A DNA stretch of 64,000 bases from Octopus sinensis (GCF_006345805.1 NC_043006.1:76198001-76262000), one strand, 5' to 3'; positions 1 to 12,990 are shown, numbered from the stretch's first letter. Numbers and translations are program-made. Notes: generated from the sequence alone by a model not told the origin.

Positions 1-251
1 CGGGCGCGCGCACACAGACATGCAGACTATCACACACAGGTATTTCCGAAAACATGTGTTAACAACGTTATGAAGGTGAACCAAAATTAGTGAAATTCGA
101 AATGAATTGTTTCCAGTACAAGAAGACTTACAAAATGAACGTTTAGAAGAAATTCTATTTGAGACATTTCGTATTCAACTAACATCAGTTGCTTGACGAA
201 AAAAAGATAAAAAAAGGAGAAAATTTATTTAAGGCTATTTCGTTATTGGAC

Positions 252-356
252 TATTGGTGACGTCAGAAGATGACGAAAGAATAAAAAGCAAACATGAGAA
301 TTCTACATTATGACAAGTAGAAATGTTAATTTTGCATTCAAGTATTGGTGACGTCA
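252..356. promoter_or_regulatory. Two identical 14-mers TATTGGTGACGTCA (inverted CCAAT box abutting a palindromic CRE site)
   Basis: Exact 14-mer at 252-265 and 343-356. Function is inference only; no linked gene seen. Confidence 0.2.
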
Positions 357-416
357 ATGGATAACTAACGGATAAAAAATGAACAAAAAATTTTATTTTA
401 CATTATGATATTTTTG

Positions 417-481
<65 letters not shown>

Positions 482-638
482 TATATTTAATTAAGTCTAC
501 TGAAATGAATTGATAACCCCACATTTACGCTCATGTCAGATAAATGTAAATGTAACATACAAAATTATTCAATTCTTTATCTCCATCTTCTGTTCTTTTA
601 AATGTATATAAACTATATATGTATATATGTGTATGTAT

Positions 639-716
<78 letters not shown>

Positions 717-765
717 GTATATATATAATATATATATATATATGTATATATATAATAAATATTAG

Positions 766-994
766 GGAATAAATCCAAATTTACAGGGAAAAAATCAGAT
801 TTAGGATTAAATCCAATTTTATAGTAAAATATTATATAATATTAATTAGAGACAAAACCACTATTTTGCAAAACAAACAAGGAAAGACTTAATCAATACA
901 TAAAATTTTAATAAAAAGTTATTAAAATTTTATGTATTGATTAAGTCTTTCCTTATTTGTTTTGCAAAATAGTGGTTTTGTCTCTAATTAATAT

Positions 995-1000
<6 letters not shown>
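766..1000. mobile_element. Fold-back (palindromic) non-coding element in (TA)n, probably a Penelope-like pseudo-LTR end
   Basis: About 70-bp unique leader, then 79-bp inverted arms 836-914/919-997 (4-nt loop, 1 mismatch at 878/955), with (TA)n on both sides. The motif GAGACAAAACCACTATTTT recurs near 48147. Confidence 0.65.
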
Positions 1001-1066
<66 letters not shown>

Positions 1067-1084
1067 ATATATGTAACGTAAAGA

Positions 1085-1388
1085 TTCCCTTCGATCGTGA
1101 ATGACAATGGGATGGCACCTAGAAATGTATCCTCCGAGGCAGAAATCCGAGCAGTGTTGTTTATAGAAGACCAGCTATCGCTCGTGCATATCAGCCACCC
1201 CTCTTTACAGCACCAATGTTATTCCAGGGAAAGCAAAGGCGACACAGCATAGCACCAACGATTCATTTTTACAGCTGAATGAACTGAAGAAACGTGAAAT
1301 ACAGTCTGTTGTTCAAGAAGACAACATTCAACCCAGTCCAGGAATCGAACTCCCTATTTGATGATTGTCAGTCCGACGCTCTAACCAT
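1085..1388 (-). mobile_element. tRNA-derived SINE (CORE-like central domain), diverged
   Basis: On the minus strand: A-box-like TGGTTAGAG (1379-1387) and B-box GTTCGATTCC (1341-1350), followed by a TTGAACAACAGAC..TTTCACGTT CORE-like segment similar to the copy at 14149. Confidence 0.75.
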
Positions 1389-2882
1389 CATATATTCGAT
1401 ACAGGGGAGAACCTACGCCGCTACCGGTCAACATTGTTGACATGAAATTAATATATGGAGAAAACATATGGTGGTATTGATCTCATCATATTTTATCTTG
1501 CCCCCAAAATGCATGCTCTACTGCTCTTGTGGTAGCTTATTTTGAAAGCCTTTATAAAAAGAGATAGAACAACACCATAATAGGTATATATTTGCATCAA
1601 ATATTGACAATAGAGAAATGGTGTATTTAACTGGGTTGGAGGAAAGTTCCCTCACATAGAGTTCGAGAAGCCAGACAATTTTCTGCACACGATGGTCACC
1701 ACATTATCTGGCTTCTGCTCTCTTTACACAAATTTTTCGGCTCCATTTCATCACCGTTGTTTCTTATTTCGTTTAAATAGTATTTTACATTCTTATTTCT
1801 TTCTTTCTCTTTGTTTTATCGATTTGCATACTGTGTTCTTCCTTTCGCTACCTCTTTATATCCATACCTTTGTTTCTTTCTACGAATGTTTTTAATTCTC
1901 TGTAGATATCTCTGTTAGGATCTCGTCTAAATTTCTTTCTTTCTTTCAAGTATTTTCCAGCATTTCTTTTATTTTATTAACTATGGCCGTCTGCTAAAAT
2001 GACAGATAATAAATTCCTTGAAATTAAGTGACAGCAGTAGATTTAGAATACGCAGAATACGGAGAATAGTTCAGACTTAAAGGCATCAATCCAATTCATG
2101 CTAAGACAGACCATCACGTGCATACCAATCAGCGAACAAAACGTTTTTGCAATTGATGGCAAACGTGTTTTCTTCTCTTGTTTTGTTTGTTTAACAAAAA
2201 AAGTAAATACAAAAGAGAGAAACAACATCAAATAGTAAATAATTGTAGCCTTATCGCCACCATAACTTGTCTACAAAATACCAATTCACTTCTCGATCAC
2301 TTATATAGCTACGGTGGGAACTAACATATCTTTCCTTCAGCATCACCTAAAAGCAAGACACAGACAGAATCGCAATAGCAATATTACTCATACACCATCA
2401 CAATCACTTACCATCACACACAGTATCAAATATAAAAATGACTCACACTACCTGGCTTTCAAAACATCACCATCATCAACGTCATAGCCACAGCATTAAT
2501 TCTGTAACCACTTCGAAATGAAAATCAACGACAAAAAATAATAATAAAACCCAGGAACTCAACAACACCGTACCCTCAGGACACAACTTCACCATCACAA
2601 AAATACATGATTATGGTAAAAAAGCTTCCAACAATCCTCGATACAACACAGCATCAACTACACCACGCAAATCGAATATATCATAGCCACAATCTAACAC
2701 ATGTATTACAATCACATATTTATCCAAATATTATCACCTGTAAAACTTCGCATGCACATCACATACACACATATAACCGTAAGCAATATTATAAAAATAT
2801 CGATGCAAATCTATGTTTACATAACACAGCATTACGATCACAACAGCATGTTACTGTATTATAAACAGCATCAAGTTGAACT

Positions 2883-3157
2883 TGGCGAAATTTGGACTCA
2901 GAACATAACGGCAGACGAAATACCTATTTCTTTACTACACACAAGGGGCTAAGCACAGAGAGGACAAACAAGGAGAGACAAACGGATTAAGTCGATTATA
3001 TCAGCCTCAGTGCGTAACTGGTACTTAATTTATCGACCCCGAAAGGATGAAAAGCAAAGTCGACCTCAGCGGAATTTGAACTCAGAACGTAGGGGCAGAC
3101 GAAATACCGCTGAGTATTTCACCCAGCGGGCTAACGTTTTTGCCAGCTCACCGCCTT
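2883..3157 (-). mobile_element. SINE family A (full unit plus start of a second tandem unit)
   Basis: Head AGGCGGTGAGCTGGCAAAAACGTTAGC, B-box GAGTTCAAATTCC, core GTCGACTTTGC..TCATCCTTTCGGGGTCGATAAATTAAGTACCAG. GAAATACC occurs at 2917 and 3101 (184-bp period). Confidence 0.9.
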
Positions 3158-3657
3158 AGGTTTATAAAAATATTACTGATAAAACATTTCCACTGGAAAC
3201 ATCAACAACACCGAAATATTAACTCTACCACCACCATCACCAACAACAACACTGCCTGCAGAAACATCACCACTACAAGCACCACGGACATGAGATAATT
3301 ACCTCAACTCATTTGAGGATGTTTCTGATTGAGTTATTGTCTTGCAGCAATTGAATTCATCTCCCCGAGGGAAATTTGTCTCCGTGCAATTGAACTTAAA
3401 CAAATAGCGATTACTTTACATATCTTAGACAAGAGTTAACGCAGTGTAAATGCCACGCGAAAGGACATCTGAGATTTGTAAGAAGGAGAAAGATATCCTT
3501 AAACCGGAAAGCTGTCTTTGAAGGCTTGCAACAAAGTGGGCTCCGCTAAAAAACATCCAAGTTGTCATTTGTTGGTTGTTGGTTGCCGTAAAAAGCCTGA
3601 AGAAAAAGCTAGAACACTTTGTTTCTGACGCTCTTACTAATTATTTGGGACTTTTCT

Positions 3658-3708
<51 letters not shown>

Positions 3709-4051
3709 GATATACATATACAACCATATACGTGTGTTTGTATGTGTTTTCGTGTGTGTGTATATATAAAAATATATATATAAAGAGAAAGAAGGGGAGA
3801 GAGAGTACCAAAAGATAATTATAAATGCATTAGTGCAAAGACGCACACGTATACAAAATATTTATAATAGCGCCTGCTTGATTCGAGCAGCGGCTACGCA
3901 CTAAACGGTAAATGCTGTAGGATATAGCGTACACTAAAATGAAATGCCAAGTTTGAGCGTCCAAATTAGATGACTTAACCTAAGCAGCAAAGATTATTCA
4001 TGTCAGCGGTCTGTCAAATGAAGACATTAGTCCACACAGTATCAATGTATG

Positions 4052-4107
<56 letters not shown>

Positions 4108-4156
4108 ATGTCTGTCTGTCTGTCTATCTATCTGCATGCACATATGTAAGTACACA

Positions 4157-4190
<34 letters not shown>

Positions 4191-4324
4191 CATATACATA
4201 TATACAATGTGCACAAACTATGTAAATTATGCCGACTAGTTTAAAAAAAAACCCGGATATATAATAGCAGAAAACTTTATTAATAAAGAAAATTCTACCT
4301 ACGTACTAGATTATCTTTATAATC

Positions 4325-4670
4325 TTATTCGAAATAGCCATATTCAGCATCAATAACTGCTTCTATGCGAGATCTGAATCGTCTACACATCCAAATTAAA
4401 TGGTGCTGATTAATATCAGACATTACACTAACTTTGGCAGAATCTTTGATGAAATGGTGATGTTGATTGATCTCTGTCTCAAAAACGTTCCACACGTAGT
4501 AATCTAACGGATTGATATCTGGTGCGGTCGGAGGCCAGATATTAGGTATAACGCGGTCATGAAATGTGTCAGCCATCCGTTCATGGGTTGCTTGAGCTTT
4601 ATGTAATGGCACAGTGTCCTAAGACCTTGTAGAAAGAAGTGAGGATGCACCACGTCCTTCCATATTTTTC
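4325..4670 (-). pseudogene. Tc1/mariner-superfamily transposase C-terminal remnant (DD37D/maT-like)
   Basis: ORF 4325..4612: PLHKA..WPPTAPDINPLDYYVW..F.SRIEAVIDAEYGYFE matches the WPPxSPDLNPLDY / RLEAVIxAxGGxIE motifs. Confidence 0.85.
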
Positions 4671-4824
4671 TATAAATCTCAACCACACACACACACATAT
4701 ATGTACATATAATATATATATATATATATTATATAATATATATATGGGTATGTAGATGTGTATATATATTTGTGTGTGTATATATATATATATATATGTC
4801 TATACGTATGTATATATATGTATA

Positions 4825-4865
<41 letters not shown>

Positions 4866-4892
4866 TGCGTGTGTGTGTGTGTGTGTGTGTAT

Positions 4893-5151
4893 GTGGAGGT
4901 GCAATGGCTCAGTGGTTAGGGCAGCGGACGACTAAACCACATCCTGATTATGGCAACGATCCTGAGACTTATAAATTCATTCAAAAACTAGCTTCAGCTC
5001 GTGCCTTCACAGAAGAACGATGTCTTTTCTTTCACCTCTCTTGCTTTACGGTTAGATGAGCTAATATCGTCACTAGTAAATGTTAATGCCCTAATCGTTT
5101 TCTCTGCTCCTCTCATAATTCTGGGCCCAATAGTCAATATATATATTTATT

Positions 5152-5190
<39 letters not shown>

Positions 5191-5420
5191 TATATAACAT
5201 ATATATATATATATATATAAACAATATATACATATATTATATTATACACGTATATATACATACTATATACACACATATATACATACATATATACGTGTAT
5301 ATATATACATACATATTGATACATATATATATATATAACATACATATATATATACATATATATATACAAATGGCGGTGCCCCAGCATGGCCACAGCTCAT
5401 GAATTGAAACTAGAATCAAT
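4893..5420 (+). mobile_element. Separated SINE head (4893-4930) and SINE tail (5368-5420) fragments
   Basis: GTGGAGGTGCAATGGCTCAGTGGTTAGGGCAGCGGAC matches the head at 18067. GGCGGTGCCCCAGCATGGCCACAG matches the tail near 25900. Confidence 0.55.
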
Positions 5421-5672
5421 CAATCATACATATATATTGATACATATATATATTTATATATATATATATATATATACATAATATATATATATATATACAT
5501 ATATATATTTACATATATATATTATATAATATATGTACATATATATATTTATATTATATATATATACATATTATATTTATATATATCTATATACATATTA
5601 TATATTTATATATATATATATGTACATATATATATTTATATATATATATATATATACATATATATATTTATA

Positions 5673-5706
<34 letters not shown>

Positions 5707-5879
5707 AGTTGAGTGTTTTGCTATAGACTTGGAGACGTATATGTACGCGTGTATGTGGGTGTATGTACCCATGATGATATGTATGTACTGGAAGTCCATT
5801 TAATTCAAGGAACCAGATTAAACTCTCATCAGCTCTGATTTACGACGAAACCGTTAATTTACTGACAGTTACAACTAGG

Positions 5880-6490
5880 TTTTATCAATCTCCTGACCAC
5901 CATGCGGGTCCGCGACCTCTATACATCCCTTATCTTTACATTCTTTTACACTTTTATCATGTTTTATCAGGTTCTTTTACTTCTTTTACTATTATTTCCA
6001 TTTCTATTTTTACTTACAACATTATGCCTTTACATTTATTTATATTTCTTTATATTTCTTTATCCCCTTTACATCTCCTTACAACTCTTTATATCTTTAT
6101 CCTCTACATTTTATATTATTTTATATTATTTTATATTTTTATCCCTCATCCCGAACTCTCGCCCCTCCATCTTCACCTCTGATACGTATTTATTTATTTA
6201 CATTACCTCAACATCCAAGTTTTCTCATCTTCTACACTGAGAGAAGAAGGAGATGGACGATTCAATTCGATGCTGCTGCCGCATTATGTCGTACGGGAAC
6301 GAGAAGATTTGCATCCCCACCAAGAATTTCGGAAGTAACACATGTCCTGTGGAAGCTGTTGTGCGCGGCTGAAGAAGGCCACAGACATACATTATGATTT
6401 GTTATGAATCTGTCTAATAAAGGCCCGAAACATATGTACCGCTGAATCCTTCGCCTCATGTTTTTTATTTATTTTTATTTTGATCAATTT
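5880..6490 (+). mobile_element. Hammerhead-bearing non-coding element (Penelope-like pseudo-LTR type) ending at (TA)n
   Basis: Pyrimidine-rich segment, then a hammerhead at 6365-6442, then about 50 nt, then a (TA)n tract. Left boundary uncertain. Confidence 0.55.
6365..6442 (+). ncRNA. Type I hammerhead ribozyme
   Basis: Helix I GCGG(6365-68)/CCGC(6439-42); core CUGAAGA (6369-75); stem II GGCC/GGCC extended by ACAGA/UCUGU; GAAA (6427-30); palindromic helix III ACAUAUGU; GUA cleavage triplet (6436-38). Confidence 0.8.
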
Positions 6491-6517
6491 ATATATAATA
6501 TATATATATATATATAT

Positions 6518-6569
<52 letters not shown>

Positions 6570-7957
6570 TATATATATATATATACATGCATATATATAC
6601 ATACCTACGTACATACATAGATATATGTATACAGTTAATTATCATGCGTAAATTCCATAATACAGGTACCCGCACAAATATCTATATATGCGTGTATTTA
6701 TTTGTGTGTTTGCTTGTGTCTTTGTGTGTGTATATATGTGCGTGTGTGGGGGTTGTGTATAATACGATTTGCATTAGCAATCTAAGGCTTATACAATCCT
6801 GAAAGTAAAGCCATAACACCACTATATATTTAAATGTGCATCTTCTTAGAATACGGCTGAAACAAACCTCCGATGGCTTTAAAGTATTAAAATTACCATA
6901 ACATTTCAATGGACGTGCTTCTTTATTATATAGAATATAACGAAAAATCGATATAGTTTAGTAATGTTCAACAGATCTCAAAGGTGAGGATATTCGCATA
7001 GTCTATGGGAACTTTTAAACGAAATTAAAATAACATATATTATGTTTATACTTTCCTTTCTAAATTCATCCAAATTCAATTTATGACTGTCATTTACTCG
7101 CACATCGCGTTTTAAAGAAAGCCTTAAATTACAGTGTCATATAAATCTGAATAATACATTTAAGAAGATTTACGGGAAATGTATAATGTTCTGGAATTGA
7201 ATATTCCTTATAAATCACGAACAAGTTTTCACTTAACTTATAATTTTATTTTTAAAAACCATTCCATATTCTTTAATTTATTGGCAATCTCACATTTAAA
7301 ATAATAAACAGGTAAATACAAATATACATTTATTACTTTCATGATTTCCGGTAGGATAGGACAGAACAATGGCAGCATTCAATTATAGCGTAAGAAAGTA
7401 AATCATTTGTAATCATTTTATATAGAAATCGCAGAATAAACGGCAACCACACTATGGAATATTCCGATGCTTGGTCCGCAAATGAAAGAGATGAGAAATA
7501 AAAAGACACAAAAGTGGAGAATATCATACAATACTCTTTTAGATACTTGCCGATATTCCTGATTTAAACGTACCAAGCGTTGGCGGCTAATATCTTTGAG
7601 TGTACGCCATAATATGAAAAATAAACATTGCTAACACGCCAGACGTTTAGAGGATGGAACGGAGAAAAGAAAATATCTCCAATATACAATTCAATTCATC
7701 ACATTTGGACAAAAGTGTTCACAAAGTTCCTACAAAGACAGTTTTGCTGTATCAGTAAAATACGGTGTAAATGATTGTTGAAGAAACGAATAGTTCAAAC
7801 AGATGCTTACATCCATTGTATATACCTTGACATATTGTTAATATTATGAAACAGTAATAACAAAATGTTTGGGTGGATCCCATAGTAGATATGAGTATGC
7901 CATACACATAAATAAAAAGAAAAATGTATACAAATGCAGCATATGTATATATATATA

Positions 7958-8000
<43 letters not shown>

Positions 8001-9905
8001 AATTTTTTGCGTAATAAGATAAAAAACCAATACTGTGTAGATATTAGAGCATATATTCGCATATTCGGATTTGATGTATTTTCTTGACATATACTGTTGG
8101 GGACGCACATTTTGTGTAATCAATTTTTTCAATAACGCCAAGTTATACTATTCTTCGTTGTCTCGTTTCAACGGTGCGAAAGGTACCGTTAATTTTAGTT
8201 TAGAAACCAGAGTAGCGTTTTCGTTCACTCGAAACTATGCTTCTATTTAGGTGCAGACCCTATCCCTCAGAAAAAAACTTTATGAAAAACGTTTTTTAAT
8301 TTTCATTTTAAAATCCTCCGACAACTTATTTGTACTGGCAGAAGAACTATTACCCTTTTTTTTAAAAAAACGTATTTATGCGTTTGCCCCATAAGTTAAA
8401 TAATTCCATCCAACCTGTTCAAAATAAATTTCTCGTATATTTCAACACAAAATCTTTGGCTTTCAAGGTTTTTTCCATGAAATGCTATATCACTAATCAT
8501 TATGTCCATAAAATGCAATGATTTTCCTGAAACACCTCACGCAGTTTTCGAAGCTTCCTTTAATCTAGCTTTGCCTATTTTTCTCCTTGTATCTGTACTA
8601 ATTATCGTGATATCGCTACCTGTATCTTATTGTAACTTGATATTCACATTATTCATTATTATGAACATAATTTTTTTTTCTTAGCCTCACTTAGAATTTT
8701 GCTAACTATACTTTCTTTCTAGAATTTTTTTGTTGTTGTTTGACCCTTTTTATTGTTTTAATATACAATATGAGCTTTTTTTCCACACTCAAAACATTTA
8801 CGATTTTTTAAAAGGACAATTACTTGTAAAATGTAAACCTCTGCATCCATGGCACGGATTCGGTCTTGACGTTCGTCTTTTGTCTTTTTTCTTATCCATT
8901 CCAGGTTGACATGTTTCTGAGAGCATTCGTTTTCTTCAGTTTTATCCGCGTCATGTCTTAAATTTATAATCCTTAGGCTTTCTTTAGTCAGTGCCCGTAG
9001 AGTAAAATTTTTGGTTCTGTTCTAATTTTGTCAATTTACGGAAACGAATATCATATAATTTGAAGATTTCATATTCTCTGTTAACGACCCTAGCATAAGT
9101 AACGAAATCTTTATCATCATTTTTAACTAAATTTAAACACTGTGAACGAGTATTAAACAGGGAACTTCTACTGAAAATTCTCGATAATAAATTGTTTCAT
9201 CGAAGCAAATCTTACCTAGTTTCTTCGGCAGAATATAATTACAGTATCTTTCGTGTTCGGCAGTGGGTAACTCACTTGAAAGTAGTCGCATCTTCTTCTC
9301 GCCATTCCAACTTTTACACTGCTCTTTGAATAGTTCCTCGAATCTTCTAAAATATGCAGAAGATGTATTTCCTTCTTCAAGGTTATAAATAAATTCTCCA
9401 ATTGAGTTTGCTACACCGTCTGACGAGAACGAACCTGAAGTATTTTCAGACTTTTTCAGCATTACTTCAGTAACTGTTGGCATTGTTGTTATTGCTGTTG
9501 TAGTTGAAACTGCTGTTGTTGCTCTTTCAACTGCACATGCAAGCCAATAAGTCTTACATGTTAATGATTTTTTTCTTTAATTTCGTACCAAAATAAAAGG
9601 AAATATTTAACGTCCGACGCAACACTCGAATATCTCGTCGCCACTTTTATATCCTTCAAAAACGTTGGATATATAAATTAATTCAGCGGAGGTAAAATCA
9701 ATGAGTTTACACGGCGTACCTTGCCAAACTCCAAAACGTCCTCTCAAAGACTCCTACCGAATTTTTGTCTCAACCAATACGCTACTCTTTACAAAAGTTT
9801 GGCTAATCCATTCTTCCAATCCCGCAGCGGTGACAATGACTCTTGCCACAACACTTACCCACTACGTCCGTGTGTTAGTGACATGTAATGGCATATTTTG
9901 TGCCT
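8001..9905 (-). mobile_element. Decayed Ty3/Gypsy LTR retrotransposon 5' part (putative LTR, PBS, gag, protease, RT start)
   Basis: PBS-like TGGCGACGAG at 9643-9634. gag ORF 9133..9483 (FIYNLEEGNTSSAYFRRFEE..RLL..EHERYCNYILPKK). Zn knuckles CHGCRGLHFTSNCPFK and CFECGKKAH near 8770-8860. Protease DTGSDITIIS at 8615-8626. RT start LGVIEKIDYTKCASPTVYVKK near 8080-8140. Many stops and frameshifts. Confidence 0.9.
9634..9643 (-). other. Primer-binding site of the Gypsy remnant
   Basis: TGGCGACGAG directly upstream of gag; TGG start is complementary to a tRNA CCA end. Confidence 0.65.
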
Positions 9906-9916
9906 AAAATTAATAT

Positions 9917-9973
<57 letters not shown>

Positions 9974-10126
9974 GAAGTAAATATATGGCACAACGAAGTA
10001 CCGATGTTTACTGGAAATAGCGAACGTAATAATACGACGCTAACGTATAGCTTCACCGCGTATGTACTAGCAAAAATGCGTGAGTGCAATTCTTTACTGG
10101 AAAGCAATACTTTCGTATTGCATTAC

Positions 10127-10196
<70 letters not shown>

Positions 10197-10979
10197 CATG
10201 TGTGTATGTGTGTGTGTCTGTCTGTGTACATATATGTATGTATGTAACTGGGTTTAGATATAAATTCATCTACATCTAATCATAACCATTGCTGATTATG
10301 CCTAAATGAATTGTCCTCAATATATTTCAATAATACGTGATTTAGTTGAAAAGTGCAGGAAAGTGTGAACTTTGATGGTTGATATATGAACAGGTATTCA
10401 CTTCGAAATATTTAATGATCTTACTTATAATCCAAAATACGACAATCTACATCAGAAATGATTTCAAGATGGAATATCAAATGAAGTCCTAGCGTACGCA
10501 TGCATACATACATACATATATATACACGTACATACATACATACATACACACACATATATATACATACATACACACACATATGTACTGATAATTAGGAAAA
10601 CGAAGAATTTTATAGTCAGACTCTAAGCTTGGTTTATTCACAATAAACACGTGTTTCGATCGTATCAACTGCAAATTTCTGCTGCATATTTATTTATTTG
10701 CAGGAACTTATGCATAATTTGTACGATCCTTTCGGGGTGAATAAATATGTCATTGTTCAAGGCGTAATTTTCTCCGTTATTAGTTTGAATCAAGCTTGGC
10801 AGTGGTAGTAGTAACTCGTGTTGTTCAACGAGGAATTGCTATTCACAGTTGATTGTTGGTGTAAAAATCTGGTAGCACCAGTAGCAATCTATGTTGACGT
10901 TGACAAATTTTACTGGAGCGTTTGGGACTGGTTATTTATAGAACACTTTTTCTTTGTACTATTCTGTATTCCTTATAGT

Positions 10980-12780
10980 CATGTAATATTTTAAATTGAT
11001 TTCAGAGTTGGTTGTTCTATTTATATTATGATGGAAAGAGTGGGTAATTACAGGTCAGTAGGCACCATGTGTTTAATAAAATAAAGTAGTTAATTGTATA
11101 CTTTTTTCAATTTAATAACTATTTTTTTTAAGAGTTGAATAGCTAGATTTACATGGTTCTTGCATTCTATTATCCGGTCTTTTATTAAAAATGAGATGTT
11201 TGTGCAAGCAATTAAAACTTCTTTATTGTCTACTGCTAACTAATTCATTTTTCGAAGTAAATTCTTCTAGGCACGAATGCATCTTTCGCCCCCTATTTTG
11301 TAAGGTTTCGCAGTCCTAATGATTTCCTATTTTAATGAATATTTAATTCTTTCATCTTTCAGCGACCATATAAGTTTACTAAGATATGTTGAAAATTTCC
11401 TAGAATTATTTATAAACGAACTTTATTGATTTGCTGATCTTTGCTTTATTAAGTGTGAGCCATAGTAACATCTATATGTATCTATTGTTACTACACATCA
11501 ATAGACGGTATCTTTTATTCTACAATTATTTTAGAATTAGCATTGTGTTCTTTGAGCGCAGTCACATTTTCTATGTAGCAAACCAGCAACGTCTTCATCA
11601 TCGGATTTTATAATGTTTGTGCTTGTTTTATATTTTCGCTGATTATTTTCATTATCATTATTGTTTTCAAAATGTGTGTCTGATTTTTACTTATAGCATC
11701 TTTATTTGTTTTCTTAAAGGTGGTTTCATTAGAGTTCGGGTTATTCATTTTACTATTGCTTTTGAAGTTGGTATTATTATAATTGTCTTTAATTTGGTTT
11801 ACATTTTCATTTACCTTATCAATCTTATCATCTTTAGCTTTTGAAAATTGTATGCTGTTGTGAGCTGTTATAATTAGAGGTAAGTTTCTTGAGTTTGAAA
11901 AAGCAAGTTCGATTAATTCTTTATCAAATAGATTATGGTATTTATTCGTTACCGGAAAAAAGTATGTAATGCTTCGTCTAGGTCTTGACAATAATTCATC
12001 GTATAGTAAGAGCTATAATTAAAATGTATGGTTTGAGTGAAATTTTACCTTTATTTTCCATTGAGTTAGGGTTTTGTGTTTAATTTTCCTATTAAAATAT
12101 TTATTATTAGTTGAATTATGTCATGCGTTAAAGTCGTTCTTATAGCTCTTTATAGTATTGGAATTTCGTATTTCTTATTGTTCAATGGACTGCTTATCTT
12201 GTGGTTAAGTATCCGTCTCTCGTTATTATGACCATACGGTTTTTAAATACTTTTGTTATATTCAATTGCCTTATCCTTATCCAGTTTTCTTATCCTCTTT
12301 AACTTTATCTCTATTGTCTCTATTTTTCCAGTCAGAATTTACCCTTCCACTATTCTTGTTGGTTCCTAAGTTAGTGTGTGTTATATTATGAGTATCCATC
12401 CTATAATTAATTTTACAAAATTTTAATTTATTCCTATACCCTGCTTTTTTCTAGAGCTAAATTATAATAATCTGTATTTAATTAAAAAATCTTCGTTGGC
12501 AGAGAGATTACAGATACGGGTTGAAATGTTTTCTAATAATTTGTATGTTATACTAGGTGGATGGTTACTGCATATGCTTATATGTTTGAGTATTTCGTTG
12601 GGTTTGTGGTATGGTCGGTAAGTATTAGATTTTAGATATTGTGTTATATGCAAGACATTTACAGCATTGTTTTCTTCAAATTATATGCTAAGTCTTAAGC
12701 GTTTCAATAATTTTTTCTATATTTTGATATATCTATTTGAAGGGTATTACATAGATCTCTTCCGGTATTGGCACTTTACA
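10980..12780 (-). mobile_element. 5'-truncated, decayed Penelope-like retroelement (RT C-terminus, linker, GIY-YIG endonuclease)
   Basis: VNVLHITQYLKSNTYRPYHKPN..SNHPPSI (RT thumb); RPRRSITYF..NKYHNLFDKELIELAFS (matches RNIIWFNPP..KYHKIFN..ISYS). Hand translation near 11290-11560 gives CDC...C..NNC....VY.C.V....CYYGS....STYLSKLIWSLKD..IKYSLK*EII..AKPY..GG..C. Stops and frameshifts present. Confidence 0.9.
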
Positions 12781-12789
12781 CAGAGTAAC

Positions 12790-12990
12790 GCGTTATCTGC
12801 CTCCTCTTATTGTTAGCCACTACACATGCTTTATTTTCTCTCCTTGTTTCTTTCTGTGTTCCCTTCTGTGGAAGAGCGTAGGCTCGAAACGTTAAAGACT
12901 TTTTCACTTCCCGAACGTTATACTTATACATCTGTTTGTTGTCTTCACCGCCTGTCTTCGTCTTTTATTTTGTGAATTCTCTCCTCCCCT
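12790..12990 (+). mobile_element. Short non-coding element with a variant hammerhead-like motif, abutting the truncated end of the PLE
   Basis: CTGTGGA-A-GAGC GTAG GCTC-GAAA-CG-TT-AAAG at 12862-12897; ends at a CT/TA microsatellite near 12990. Confidence 0.55.

Noticed and set aside
1284-1306. CTGAAGA-AACGT-GAAA-TACAG-TC
   Set aside because: Lies on the antisense of a SINE core, has no helix I, and is best explained by point decay.
2280-2880. His/Thr/Gln-rich ORFs
   Set aside because: Degenerate CAA/CAC/CAT low-complexity DNA with no recognisable domain.
8905-8939. Hammerhead look-alike CUGAAGA...GAAACAUGUC on the minus strand
   Set aside because: No helix I or stem II pairing, and it lies inside Gypsy gag coding sequence.
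10718-10770. Possible hammerhead remnant at the PLE 3' end (GAAAGGATCGTA)
   Set aside because: No CUGANGA core; the same bases also resemble the SINE core TCCTTTCGGGGT.
11290-11560. Selenocysteine recoding in the PLE endonuclease, as reported for some Naiad elements
   Set aside because: The stops are mostly TAA/TAG, and the one TGA is not at a Cys position; ordinary decay.
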